Source of the DNA: Psammoneis japonica
Taxonomy: Eukaryota
Length of the DNA: 64,000 nucleotides
Assembly (NCBI GenBank): GCA_008632985.1
Contig: QPGO01000002.1
Location: 992,001 to 1,056,000 of the forward strand
Direction: 5' to 3'
The notes under the pieces were generated by a model. It made no database searches and was not told where the DNA came from. It was given only the letters and a program-made list of their open reading frames with translations. Within the stretch, counting starts at the first letter, position 1; each line of letters begins with the position of its first letter. Positions 12,066 to 24,500 of the stretch are shown in pieces. Position numbers and translations under genes: made by a program.

Positions 12066-14104
12066 ATGGCTGCTGTCCCTCCTGCAGTCGCCGGTGGAGC
12101 GCCTCCGGCACCCCCAAAAACATGCCACGACAAGTGGATGACCCAAGGCGATCACTTGGGAGGGGAGCACACGAATTTATTCCGTCGACACGATGCCACC
12201 GTCGCTGCTCCCAAGCCGGCCGCTACGCTGCTCGAGCACACCATCGACTCGAGCGACGTGGCACCCAAGGCCTTTTTGGTGCCAGTGCGCCAAGGCACGG
12301 GGTGCCGGATTACCTGCATCCACCGGCCCTCGGTTTACATAAGAGACCCGGTGGAGACCTCGCTGTGGGACGGTCGTGTGTTCTGTTTTCAAGGAGATGT
12401 GCTGCCGGGTAACTTCGCTGCCATCTTCGAGTTGCCCAACACTCCGTTTGAAACTGTGGGTCCACAAGTGGCACCTGCGGTGGCCAACATGGCCGCCCCA
12501 GAAGGCACTCTGGTGGATGAAGAGGAATTGGTGAGGTGCCCCATGCCTGTCTGCATCTTGTGCTGAACCGGGATCTCACTCCTCTACAGGCCTGGCGGGA
12601 ACTCGCAGGAGCAATCCAAAACGACGGACGTGCGGGGGACTTGAGTCCCCTCATCGACTGGTTGCGCGCGGCACTCACCACCGACACAGCGGCGAATCCA
12701 GATCCGGTTCAGTGTGTGGGTGATCGTGCCACCGCCTTGCCACCACTTGCGGTGGACGCCTGCCTGCAGGAGCATCGCTGGCGTGCGTTGTTACAGGACC
12801 TTCCCGCCCTGGATACAACGGCCGTAGACAACACCGACCGGGTGCTGGCTTTCGCCAACATGGTCCGCGCCGATGCAGCACGTGCGGAAGCAACACGTTC
12901 CGCAGCGGCGGCAGCGGCCGCCACCTCCAAAACTCCGACGGAAGCCTTCCCGCAGACTGCGCCCGTGTGGCTCTTGCTTTCGAGTGCACCGGATGATGCG
13001 GCTTTACCCGCGCTGTGCCACGCCTGGGCCAACAGCACCAAAGCCGAGCGGCGCCTGTGTTTTGCTCGCGCTTTGGAAGCTCGCGCTCAAGAGCCTGACG
13101 CGGCGTCCCGTGTGGCGCCCACAGTCTCCAAGGAGTTGTACGAGATGGTGTTGCAAGGGAAGGTAGCACCTCACATGCACCAAGTGAACGATTTGACCGC
13201 CGGCGTCTCCCCATTCACGTGCGGCTTCTTTTTGGCTGGACAAGGCTCCACTGTACAAGTCCGGGCCGAACGCTACGACCTCGCGTTGGCTGGCAACTTG
13301 ACGCCTGCCGTTGCGGAACAGGAGGAGTTCCGCACCAAGGACACACCTCTTCCCACGTCCACTTGCCATTGCGGAAGCATGCTTCAAGCTGCCAGTCTGG
13401 CATTGGACGTCATCCAAGGATCGAATCACCCCCATGCTGTGGCATTCTGGCAGTTCTGCTTGGAAGATTGGCGAGACATGGTCGACCTCCTCGAACAATC
13501 GGGAGCACTCCTGGCTGAGGGGAACGCACTTCCCCGAATCTGTCGCGAGGTGCAGATGCTCATGGGAGTCTACCTGCACAGGCTCACGCAAGGTGGTGTA
13601 CCCCGGGTGCCCGACTGCACCGCTGTGGCGCACAAGGTGCTCCACGGACAATTCTCCTTGCTGGCACAGTTGCCACACCATTTGCTTGGCCAACCAGAGC
13701 AGACAACCAATTCCCAGGCGAGCTCAACCAGCGCCAGCAACAGTGGCACCCCTTCCGCGGCTGCCGCCGCTGCGGGACGTTGCGACCCGGGTGCGGCCGT
13801 TACGAATCCCAACCCGGTGCGGTCCTGGCTGACGGCCTTTGCACAAGCCGGGATCCGCCTGGCTACGGTCCGACGTTTCGCACCCCGAACCACGGATTCA
13901 AGTGGCACCGCATGTGAAGTGTGCCTTTCCCATCACCTAAAAGGAACGTGCTTCGCCAACTGTGAGCGTGGCAACACGCACCGGAACCTCTCGCCACGAG
14001 AGAGGACGGCTGTGAGCGCGTTCGTTTGGGACCACGTGTCCAATCCCCAAGAAGGTGGCGCCCCAGCTCCGGCACCCGCGCCGGTGCCGGCGGCCTCCAC
14101 CTGA
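12066..14104 (+). pseudogene. Ngaro gag-like ORF1 (frameshift near 12540)
   Basis: Two overlapping ORFs; C-terminal zinc-finger-like CLSHHLKGTCFANCERGNTH; positioned before pol. Confidence 0.7.
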
Positions 14105-14155
14105 GGACGGGGGCCGGTCAGCCCTGAGGCTGGCCTGCAGCCCTCCTCTGCCTGC

Positions 14156-16141
14156 TTGCCAGATCCGCACCAGCAGTGTCCACGCAGCAACGAACTAGGC
14201 AAGTTGGTGGAGGACCATGTCAAACTCTTACAAACTTTAGGCTGGAGCCAGTTCGTTGCACACCTGCGCAGGGAGCCGTGTCTGGCCGAAAATGTTTGGC
14301 AGCTACCCCACCCAGCTGCCGAGTTACTTTCTAAACTCCGCAACGATGGAGCACCGGTCCAGTTTTCAACGGAAGACTGGTCCCCTCACCAGGTCCGGAT
14401 GGCGACCGACCGTGGGAGCCATCCGTCCACTCACGAGCACCTGGGCTTCCTCGAATCGGACATGGTGGACATGATCCAGAAACGACACTGGACAGTCCTG
14501 CCTTGCCGCGAAGCCTGCAAGCTCCCCCACCTGCGTGTCTCACCGATGGGCGTGGTGCCGCAACGCGACCGCCGCCCGCGCACCATCGTTGATTGCAGCC
14601 ATTGCGGTCTCAACGACGAGACTGTTGAGCACGCCCCTCCAGAAGCCATGCAATTCGGTCGAGCTCTCGACAGGTTCTTGCACAACATCTTCCGTGCAGA
14701 CCCGAAGCACGGCCCGGCACACATGCTCAAGCTTGACCTTTCCGATGGGTTCCATCGCGTCGGGCTGCGACCCCAGGACATGCCCAAGCTCGGGGTGGCC
14801 TTCCCAGTGGGCCCAGGGGAGGAACCGCTGACAGCGCTGCCTCTCGTCCTGCCCATGGGCTGGACTGAGAGTCCGCCATTCTTTTGTGTGGGCACCGAGA
14901 CGGTGATTGACTTGGCGAACAGCTGCTCACCCACAGCTTGGGACCCTCCGGTTCATCCCTTAGAACAGGCAGCGGCCACTCCAGCGCCTCATGACAACAC
15001 CTTGCGCATCGACGTGCCGCCGCCTTCCAGTGCAGCTCCGACTGGCCGCGCATCACGCCTTCCTCCTCCCGCTGCTCTCCGTTGCAGACCCCGACGGGGC
15101 TCTCAGCCATTAGAGCACTTCGATGTCTATGTCGATGATGAAACATGCGCCGCACAAGGAACAAAGGCTCGTCTCAACAAGCTACGTTGACGCCTCTTAC
15201 ACATCAGCGATCAAGTCTTCCGTCCCAACACACCGTCTGACGAGCACTGGCGGCGTGAAACCATTTCGCTAAAGAAACTCCTCAAAGGCGACGCGTCGTG
15301 GTCGACGGTGAAGGTCATTTTGGGGTGGCTCATAGACACACTAGCCGGGACTGTCGAGTTGCCGCCGCATCGTCGACAACGCCTCCTTGATGTTCTGGCC
15401 GACACCATCCCTCGCCGCCGCATGTCCAACAAACAATGCTGCAAACTTCTCAGCAAAGTCCGCAGCATGTTGTTAGCGGCATCCGGTGGTGCGGGCCTTC
15501 TCTCCAACCTCCAGCACTCTCTTGCCACCTCTGGTAACTCCCGCACTCGCATTGACCGCCATGCGCGTCGCCAGCTCCAAGATTTGCACACCTTGGCCGT
15601 GGACATTGTCTCGCGTCCCACTCGGCTGGCTGAACTCTTCCCTGCTGCCGACGGGCACTTCTGCGGGGCGTGCGACGCAGCAAAACCTGGGTTTGGCGGC
15701 GTCCTGTTGCCTGGCCCTCAAGACGACTTCCCTCCTGCCGCCTGGCAAGTTCCGTTGCCTCTAGACCTGCAAGCCGCCATTGTTTCGGACGACAACCCTA
15801 CAGGCACCACAACAAACTCCGACCTCGAGCTAGCCGGCACAGTGCTGCAAGAGGCCGTCGTCGGCATCGCCGTCGACGTCAGGGAACGCACCGTCCACAC
15901 ATGCTGCGACAACACGCCTGCCATTTCCCGGCGCGGAAAAGGCTCTGTCACAACCAACGGCCCCGGCGCCGATGTGCTGCGGACGGGGAGCCTACAACAA
16001 CGGCAGCTCCGACACGTCTCCCGCTTCCATTGCATTCCTGGCCCAGCCAATCTCCTCGCAGACACGTGCTCCCGAAAATTTTCCACGCCGTCTCACCTTC
16101 TTGCTGTGCTTGCTCGCCTTGCCCCACAGACGAAACCTTGA
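14156..16141 (+). pseudogene. Ngaro reverse transcriptase-RNase H (premature TGA at 15188-15190)
   Basis: SPMGVVPQRDRRPRTIVD, KLDLSDGF, LPMGWTESPPFF, YVDD, ILGW; RNase H CDAA..GGV, NSDLELAG, DNTPA, ADTCSR. Confidence 0.92.
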
Positions 16142-17285
16142 CAAATGCCACACCCGCTGCCAGACATCGTTTCTTCACTGATCTCCGCCTTGCGACGGCA
16201 AAAGCCCACGAAGCTGTCACTGGCGAGTGCGCCCGTGCCACGGACACCGTCTGGGCCAAGTGTTGGTTGCCTTTCCTGTCCAACATCGGAGTCGAAGACC
16301 CTCTCCTCACCGGTGTCCAAGACAAAATCCCGATGCTCCAAGTCTTTGCCTGTCATCTTAGGGATGGATGCCTCAGCTGCAGCGGCAACCCAATCTCAGC
16401 TCCGCACGTTCGTGACGAAGTCCTTCACATCACGAAGACGTTCACCGAACTGAGGGCCCCGGACCCGCGGCTAACGCCACACGGCACTGTGGATCCTCGC
16501 CTCACTCGCCTTTGCAGTGCGCACTCCAAAGACGATCCGCCGCCGAACCGCGTCAAGCCTCTGCCGATCCAAATCGTGCACCACGCACAAGCCCTTGTCG
16601 ATGAATCTTCCGCCCTCGACAACGCCATCATCGACATGTCCTGGATCGGCCTTTTCTACCTTCTCCGACCGGGGGAGCATTGCAAGAGCAAAGACAATGA
16701 CCCTTTGGTTCTCAAAGACATCAAACTGCTCGTCGGACAACGCGCACTTGACCACTTGACCTGCCCCCTGCAACAGCTGTTCCTCGCGACACACAGTGGC
16801 ATTGCGTTTGACACTCAAAACATGCTAGAAGCTCTCACTCCAAGGCATGCCCGGTCCTCGCCATCGCCCGCCGTGTGCATTGCCTTCGTTCCAACGGCGC
16901 CAACGCTAACACCCCCCTGTGTGCTGTGCGCCTCGGTGCGCGTTGCGGTCATGTCACGAGCCGTGCCACCACCAAAATGCTCCAAGTGTCAGCTGCTGCC
17001 TTGCCACATTTAGGATTCCTGCCGAAAGATGTCACAGCCCGCAGCCTCCGCGCCGGCGGCGCCATGGCCCTGCTGTGCGCAAAAGTGGACACCGACATCA
17101 TCCGTCTTGTCGGCCACTGGAAATCCGATGCTGTGTTTCGACACCTTCACGCCCAAGCATTGCCATTGACAGCAGGACCATCTACGAAAATCCTGAACTG
17201 CGGCAATTTCACACTGCTCCCAGGGTCCGATGTCCCTCCCATTGCGCAAAACATCATCAATCAAGCCAACGCACCCACCAACTGA
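16130..17285 (+). pseudogene. Ngaro tyrosine recombinase (frameshift near 16820, catalytic Tyr replaced by His)
   Basis: FYLLRPGE, ARSLRAGGAMAL, LVGHWKSDAVFRHLH versus the usual GRW.SDA..RYL. Confidence 0.88.
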
Positions 17286-18539
17286 TGCGTCCACGCCTTC
17301 ACCCACCCTCAGCTCTGCTTCTGGCCCATCCCCTTTTTCCTTGTCGGCCCTCCAAGAGTGGCGGATCGGAGGCGGTCTCGGTTGCTGGTGAGCCCAAAGA
17401 GGGCAAGAAACCCCAGCAAAGCGCTGCTGACACCACCAACCACCGCCTCCCAACTGTGGTGGGACACACCCCCCAGCAGTGTTGGTGGCGAACAGCCATT
17501 TTAGCAGTGCAGGGGGAAGGACAGACGCATCCACCCCCCAACGCACGCAGCCTTGAACGACCTGAATGCCAGCGGCATTCTTTGCAAGCGGCGAGGCCGC
17601 AGCAGCAGTTGCAAACTTTTTGACCCTCCACTCCCACCCAGCCGCCTCATCGGAGGCGGTCTCGGTTGCTGGTGAGCCCAAAGAGGGCAAGAAACCCCAG
17701 CAAAGTGCTGACACCACCAACCACCGCCTCCCAACTGCAGTGGGACGCACCCCCCAGCAGCGTTGGTGGCGAACAGCCAATGGCTTTCAGTGACCATGAC
17801 GGCCCACTTTTTTCAGCCTTGTGGAAAATTGAATGTCATGACCAGGATCTCCGTATTTAATGTAGTCTGTGTCATCAACAACAACAGTGAAAATGCTTGT
17901 TGAAGGCTGCAGCGCGGCACAACAATGCCAAATCTGTCAGCAACAACAATTGAGCCTCTGTTCACTCACAATTTGCCTCTAAGGACCATTTCTTTTCTAT
18001 TGCCATGTACATTTCCTCAACCCATTCGACTGATTCAAGTGTGTCAATCGTTTGTGCCTTTTAAACCGTGAAAAATGGTCGGAAGTCGACGCCATTGCGT
18101 GGGCTGAGCTACAGTGCACTTCTTCTCACGTCGTCCTAAACTTGTTAATCAACGAATGCTTTATTCGATCCGTTGAGTGTAACTCGTATTCGCGCATGAA
18201 AACAAAATGTTAATTGTGCTATGTTAAAGACTTAATTTACACATGTTAATAACATTTTATGTGTTTCTTGTTACATTGGGGCATGTGTAGATCGCTCATC
18301 GGAAAATTCGAGCTCTCAACTTACGGTGCAATTTAGCGACTAATAACTAACTGAGTCCATCAACAGTTTCGTATACATGGGTACACGCACAAGACAATTC
18401 TGCATGTTTGTTATGTTTTTACTGTCGAAAATGGCACCGCAAGTGTGGACCGCGCGTTTCATGCAAAAAGGGTCATTTTTTCGCGCGTGAGTGCACCTGA
18501 GTCTGGAACAAGTCGGGATGTCATTCTCTTCATTCTTGT

Positions 18540-21500
18540 CACGGCTTGACTTTTTCCTGTTTTGCTTTTTCCTCCTGACTGCCGCCTTGAGTTTCTTTTC
18601 TTTTTCCTTTCCCTCTTCCTTGGTGACAACGCCTGTGCAGATAAAGCATCACACCGTCATCTTCTTGTGAGACGCACGCAACTCTCGAATCACACACATT
18701 GGTCACTTGACTTGCGGGCCATTGCCTCCGCCCCAACAGCCGAACACACCGTGTTTCTGCAATTGTTGATTTGCCTTTTTACCGCCATTCCTCCCAAGTT
18801 CCTGACCAATTTGAAGTGTCCATGTTGCCACCAGCAATCTGTTTCTTGAAAAACATTGAGACACTCCCATTGCTTGCCAATTCTGATGGACTGAGAAACT
18901 TCACCTGTGGAAAGAGATCATTTCTAGCCACCTTCTCTACTTCTGATTTCAGTGCACCATGTGCTGCCTGCGTGCCTGTTCTCTTCAACGCTGCCTGAAG
19001 TCTCGGGCTCATTGGCTTGACAGTCTCATTTTTCTTTCTCTTCTTTGCCAGTGGTGCTGGAGACGACATCTTGATCTTCACACGGCAACGATGAGAGCAG
19101 TGTTGCTGTTCGACAGTGCAACCGTCGTCTGGGTCGTGTTGAGACAGCCAGCCACTCCATTTTTCTCTGTGACATTGCATGGGTCATTGTCAGTGACGTT
19201 GAAATTTGAAAATGTGTTCACACATGACAATGAACAGTCCAACTTGCTTTTTGACATGGCTGTCATTGCGTTCCAACGGAGACAATGTCCTTTGTTTTGA
19301 CAGTGAATAAAAAAGAACAACATTCATTGCAAATGCCAGATAAAAAATCAAAATGCAGACACGTCACACCCACAAGAATCATCCAAATCTGGAGGACAAT
19401 GTAATGTTTGGCATTTTCCCGCCATTTTTTGCATGTTGTTCTTCTTTTCCCTTCTCATCCACAAGACAAGGACGATGAGCATGAGTCTTGATGAAGGCCC
19501 TGTCAACATTGACCAGAGAACTGTGAGGCAATGGCATCAGCGTGCAGACTTGGTCAGTCGCTGGCAGCTTGATCACAAACGAAACAACTGGCTTTCAACG
19601 CCTGAGAAGACTCAGTGCTCACCCAAGTTACGGGTTGTCCCTGTCGAAGCAATTGGGGACAATGTTTTGGTTTATGAACAATGTCCAGGAGCAGCAGAAG
19701 CACAAGAAAAGGCCCCATTTGTTTGGGCTGCACAGGACAGAAGGAAGTGTTGGTCAGATTTGTTTCTAAAATGGGACGTGCGTCTGGATCTGTCATTCAC
19801 TCACAGTGATTGCCCAACTCTTTCTTGCAAACATGATGAATTTGATCCTTTCAGAATTGGCAAAGTCATTGCAGCACATGTGAAGCAGTGAGGTGCCAGC
19901 ACCTTCCGTTGCTTTTGTTCTGATGTCTTCTTCGGAAACTCCAAGATGAGCTTCTTCCTGATCGGAAGGCTTTCCCAACCACCGTTCTCGATGTTCTTGG
20001 GTTGCAAGGTTGCTTGCAAAGAACACACTCGCACGGCTCTTTGCAGCATCCTTGTCCATTGTGCATGTGTCGAACACAGCCAATAATTTCTTCCATTGTT
20101 TGACAACCTGGAAGAAGGTTGCAAGAGCAAAGGGAAAAATCACTGTGTCCCCCCCTTCTTCGTTTTTGGAGAGCAAGGCCCAAAGATCAACCAGATTTTG
20201 GAAAAATTGAGTCGTCCCAAAACGACTGTCGCACCACTCTCCATCTGGCATCCAGCAGCAGTCCAACATGATTTGGTCGAACCCATGATCATCAAAATCA
20301 ACAAGTTTCTCAAACTGCTGCTTGACTCTCTTGACGAAATCTCTTGCTTTCACATTGCAATTTAAGTGCAGATCAGGATGTCCATCTTGGAGAGAAACTG
20401 TCAGAACGACATTTGTGACTGTTTTGTCAGATTCCTCAAATGCCATTGCGCGGGCCTCGTCTCGCCTGTGTTGGTCGGACGACACTGAGGCCACCCCCTT
20501 CTCAGAGCACAATTCTTGAGAAGACAGTTGCCTTGCATTGAGCGGACGGGTCATCCCCAACCACAGCACATTGTGTGTTTCCCCGTTAGTTTCGTCACTT
20601 GCGAAACAATCTCCTAAGTCTCTATGGTCCTCTTCAAACTTGGAGCAATGTGCAACTTGGTTGTGCTCATTGTCAACAGGCTCTTCGCTTTTGTCCTCTT
20701 CACCCATGTAAGTTGTAGGAAGTTCACTTGTTTTCTTGTCAATTGACTCCTCCTCGCAATCGTCACTTTTGTTCATTGTGAATGACAACAAATCACCGGC
20801 GGCCTTCTTCCTGTTAGAACGAGAAATCAATGTGACAATGTCAGCACAATCAGACAAAAAACAAATGTGATTGCCATGAAAAAGCAACCTCTCTTTGCCA
20901 TTCCAGTTTGGCTCGAACTTCATCAATCGTCACGAATGGGACTGGCTCCCATTCACACCTTCCAAGGCCACTTGATCATTGATTGCCCATCAGAGAACAA
21001 GAGCAACAGATGCTGTCCGTGACAAAAGACATCGCAGATTCCCATCTTTTCATGAGCTGCACTCAGGTCACATGGCAAAGACTCTGGACCATTCTTTCCA
21101 CAGTCTTCCAAATCAAAATCACCCTCCATCCGTTCCAAGAGTAAATCGTGCTCCTCCACCGGGACCTTCATTTCCTCCATTTGCTTTGCCGCTCCCAACT
21201 TGGCTGCCGGATAGACAAGATTGCAAAGGTCAAGGTGAGGATGGATCCCTGTGCCACACAGCATCAACATCTGTGTAGAGTTCATGCATCTGAACTCTCC
21301 ACAATCAGCACCTGCATGATCCCATGTTTGGACCATGGTTTGAAACACATCCTCGATCGCCTTGTGGCCAAACGTTGGCTTGCCAACATTGTCATTGATC
21401 CAGTCAATGAGAACAACCAGTCTGCCAACAAGCAAATCCATCAAACCATTGAGTTTCGTCCCGCACTCTGCCACATGAACCTCCTCGAAATCGAGTCCCA

Positions 21501-24500
21501 GGCTCTGCATGCGTCGGTTGTTGCGATCCCCCACAATGCTGCCAAATGGCCTCGCAGCTTCTCTGAAGCAATGAAGGACATGATCGCCAGCCACAAAAGG
21601 ATGCTTCACAGCATCTGTGTTGCACAACAAGCAGCAAAAACGAGAGAATCTGGTTTGACACCCAGCCACAATGGTGTGACGAAAGCAATCGTGTGCACCA
21701 ACCTCATCGAGGTTGTCGATGATTGCCGAACAACCGCACGATAAATCAAAGTCCTCCACGATGGCAAACGGAAACGTTTCCTGGCATGACAACAACGGGG
21801 TGCTTGACTGTGTCGGACGGAAGATTTGGCTTGCCAATTTCCTCTTCCACCCACACAGAGTGAGGGTCAAGGAAAAAATCTTTGATGTTTCTGTGGGTTG
21901 GCTTGCCCAACGGAGGACGACAAGGGCCATGGCATCTCATCATTTCTGCAGTGTGTGACAGATCAAGTTTTGCGAAATGACCATGCACACGCGATCGGAA
22001 CTCGGCATGCCCATGTGCCGAACTGACATGGTTTCCAGCATTGCCTTTGGATGCAGTGACAACCTTCAATGACCAAGAGCGACCAACAGCATCTCGCAGT
22101 GATGAGCAAAGAGCACCAGTCTTGGTGCACCCATCCATGTCACAATCCTCTTTGTCAATGTGCAGCTCGGTGTCCGAATTAATGGATTTTTTGCCGGATG
22201 ACGAGATGCACTTAACTTGAATTTCCATGCCTTCCCTTCTAACATGCTTGGCTCCAACCATCTTATGGAGCTCAGCTGCAAAAAGACTGTCACGGTGCGG
22301 GTCATGGAAGGAACGCATTTCTTTCAATGCAACAAGATTAATTTGTCCTTGCAGAGTTGCGTGGCATCCAAGATTGAGGCCATCATCACCTGCACATCCT
22401 TTGGAAGCTTCTCCCGCTTGTCCCTGCCAAAGACAGCACCAGGCTTGTGAGTGGGTCCCACTTCAGCAACTCACCGTCTGCGACTTCGTAATTCTGGCCA
22501 CAACAACCAAAACAGATCCGACAGCGCAACTTGCATTCTGGTCCATCCCTTTTTTTGTTCGGCTCGCCATGTTCCAACACTGCACGGAGTGTTGACAACA
22601 CACTGAATCGCAATCCAAAAAAGCATTTCTGATGCATCTTGTCCGTGTGTCGCAAATGAGTGACCGCATCGGAAAAATGAAGGTTGACTGGGTCGGGCAA
22701 GTGATCGCAACCATCGATTCTTGCGTCGGATCATTGGGAGCCACGCCGTTTTCAAATCCATGCACAAACTTGCAGAGGTGATTCACCAAGCAGAAATCGG
22801 AGATGCTGTGGAATGACTGGTGCTTGACACAGTTCCCCTTGAAGGAACCAGAAATGGGGGTTTCCTCAAAGACGACAAGGTGAGAATGTTGTGACTTCAC
22901 CTCACCCGGAATCGCAAACGGAGATGGTTCAGGAAACACTTTCACAAGCTCTTCTTTTGTGAAATTGTCTGGCGGAGGAGGAGGCGACTGACAAGTCGTA
23001 CCAAGGGTCGGCCACTTTGTTCGGGAATGTTCAAATTGTTCCTTGAGAGTCGGCACATCTTGGAGAATCAGCAATTTGTTCTGAGAAACATCAGAAGGTT
23101 CACCATCTTTGGGGTTTTTGAGACTGGGGCTTGAGGAGCAAAGGGAGGCGGCTAAAGAGGTGGCAAGAAAAACAGAAGAATTAGAGACAAGAAGAGGAGC
23201 ACAAACAATCAATCAAACAACATGATGGATTCACACCATTTGGATTTTTTCGTTTCCGAGCATTTTTTGCAACGGATGGAATTGCATTGCTGATTTCTTT
23301 CTTCTTGCACTGAGTGGCAAAGTCACGAAGCCTGGCTTTCCACATGGCCTCAAAACGATCCCTTGCAGCCTTGCTTTTGCCGGAATCGTCAGCGGCAGAA
23401 ACCACACGATCAATTTTCACACATCTTAAAAGAGTCTCATCAACATGTGTTGCACACATTTGTTCTCGCTCGACATCGAGCATCGCCAGTCGCATGTGTT
23501 GGCGGAACAATGACTTTACGAATTCAGAGAAGGACATGGGGCATTCGTCTTTGGTTGTCTCATGGTGACCAAGAGCCAGGAAATTCTCCAAAAAGTTGAT
23601 GCAAGTTGATGTCTCGTCACATTCGCCGAACAGGGAGCACAGCCAACAATCGCAATCACCATTCCCCTCAGGTGCGCACGGCAGAATCTTGTCACAAAGA
23701 ATCAAAAAACCAATGTGAAGGTGAAAAAACCTTCCCTTCAAAACTTCTCAGCTCAATGTGCTTGACAAGCGGCTCTCCCTTTGGGTCGCACAATCCGGGA
23801 TCATGGAGAAGCTTGCACAACATGGAAATCTTTGCCATCATGTTGGTTGCAATGTCTGTTGATTTTGCCTTGTCGCCGATGACTTTCACATCCTCTGCTT
23901 TGGGAGCACGGCGATGCTCCAATGCATGAGGATGTTTGGCACCTTGACTGGAATGACTCCATCCTTTTGCGGAAAGAAAGTGCAGCAAGCTCTTGTGCCC
24001 AAGTTCCTTTGCAACAATGCGGTTCACAGCCATCAGTTCCACAAAAAAATGAGGTCTGCCCTTCGACTTTTGCCACACATGGGCAAGCGCGATCCAATTC
24101 GGAGAGGGATCACAAGTGGAATTGCGGTGAAACTGAACCTTGGATGTCACCGTCTCGATTGTCGCTTTGACACGGCTCCGCTCGTTGCTGTCGATCACTC
24201 CAAAACCGTTGGCAAAGAGAGATTCAAAAACGGCCTCCTCGAGGTGGGAATCATTGTTGTCTTGCGACAGAGAGGCGACCGACAGGTCACGTGGCGCCAT
24301 GGTTGCTGTTCCAACACCAAAAAATCTGGTTTCTGCAGAAATGCACCAGAGTGGTGTGTGGGAGAAGTTGCATGTGCGCCTGGTGTGATTTGGAGTTTTA
24401 AACACAAAAACCCACCAGACGCGTGTGTGACTTCTCCCAGGGAAATCCTGCGTGAGATTATGCCGGGAAAGGGCAATGCGGAGTGCAGAATTGATGGAAG

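Larger units (their letters stand above)
11896..17779 (+). mobile_element. Ngaro/PAT-like tyrosine-recombinase retrotransposon (DIRS order), near full length, inactivated
   Basis: Split direct repeats A1 11896-12032, B1 17365-17498, A2 17499-17624, B2 17649-17779 enclosing gag, RT-RNase H and YR. Confidence 0.92.

Noticed and set aside
11896..17285. Alternative genetic code as the explanation for Tyr to Cys/His
   Set aside because: Neighbouring host genes use TAY for conserved Tyr, and the change also affects non-coding DNA and both strands.
17365..17779. Repeats that could be read as LTRs or a CRISPR-like array
   Set aside because: The A-B-A-B arrangement fits Ngaro split direct repeats; there are no unique spacers or cas genes.
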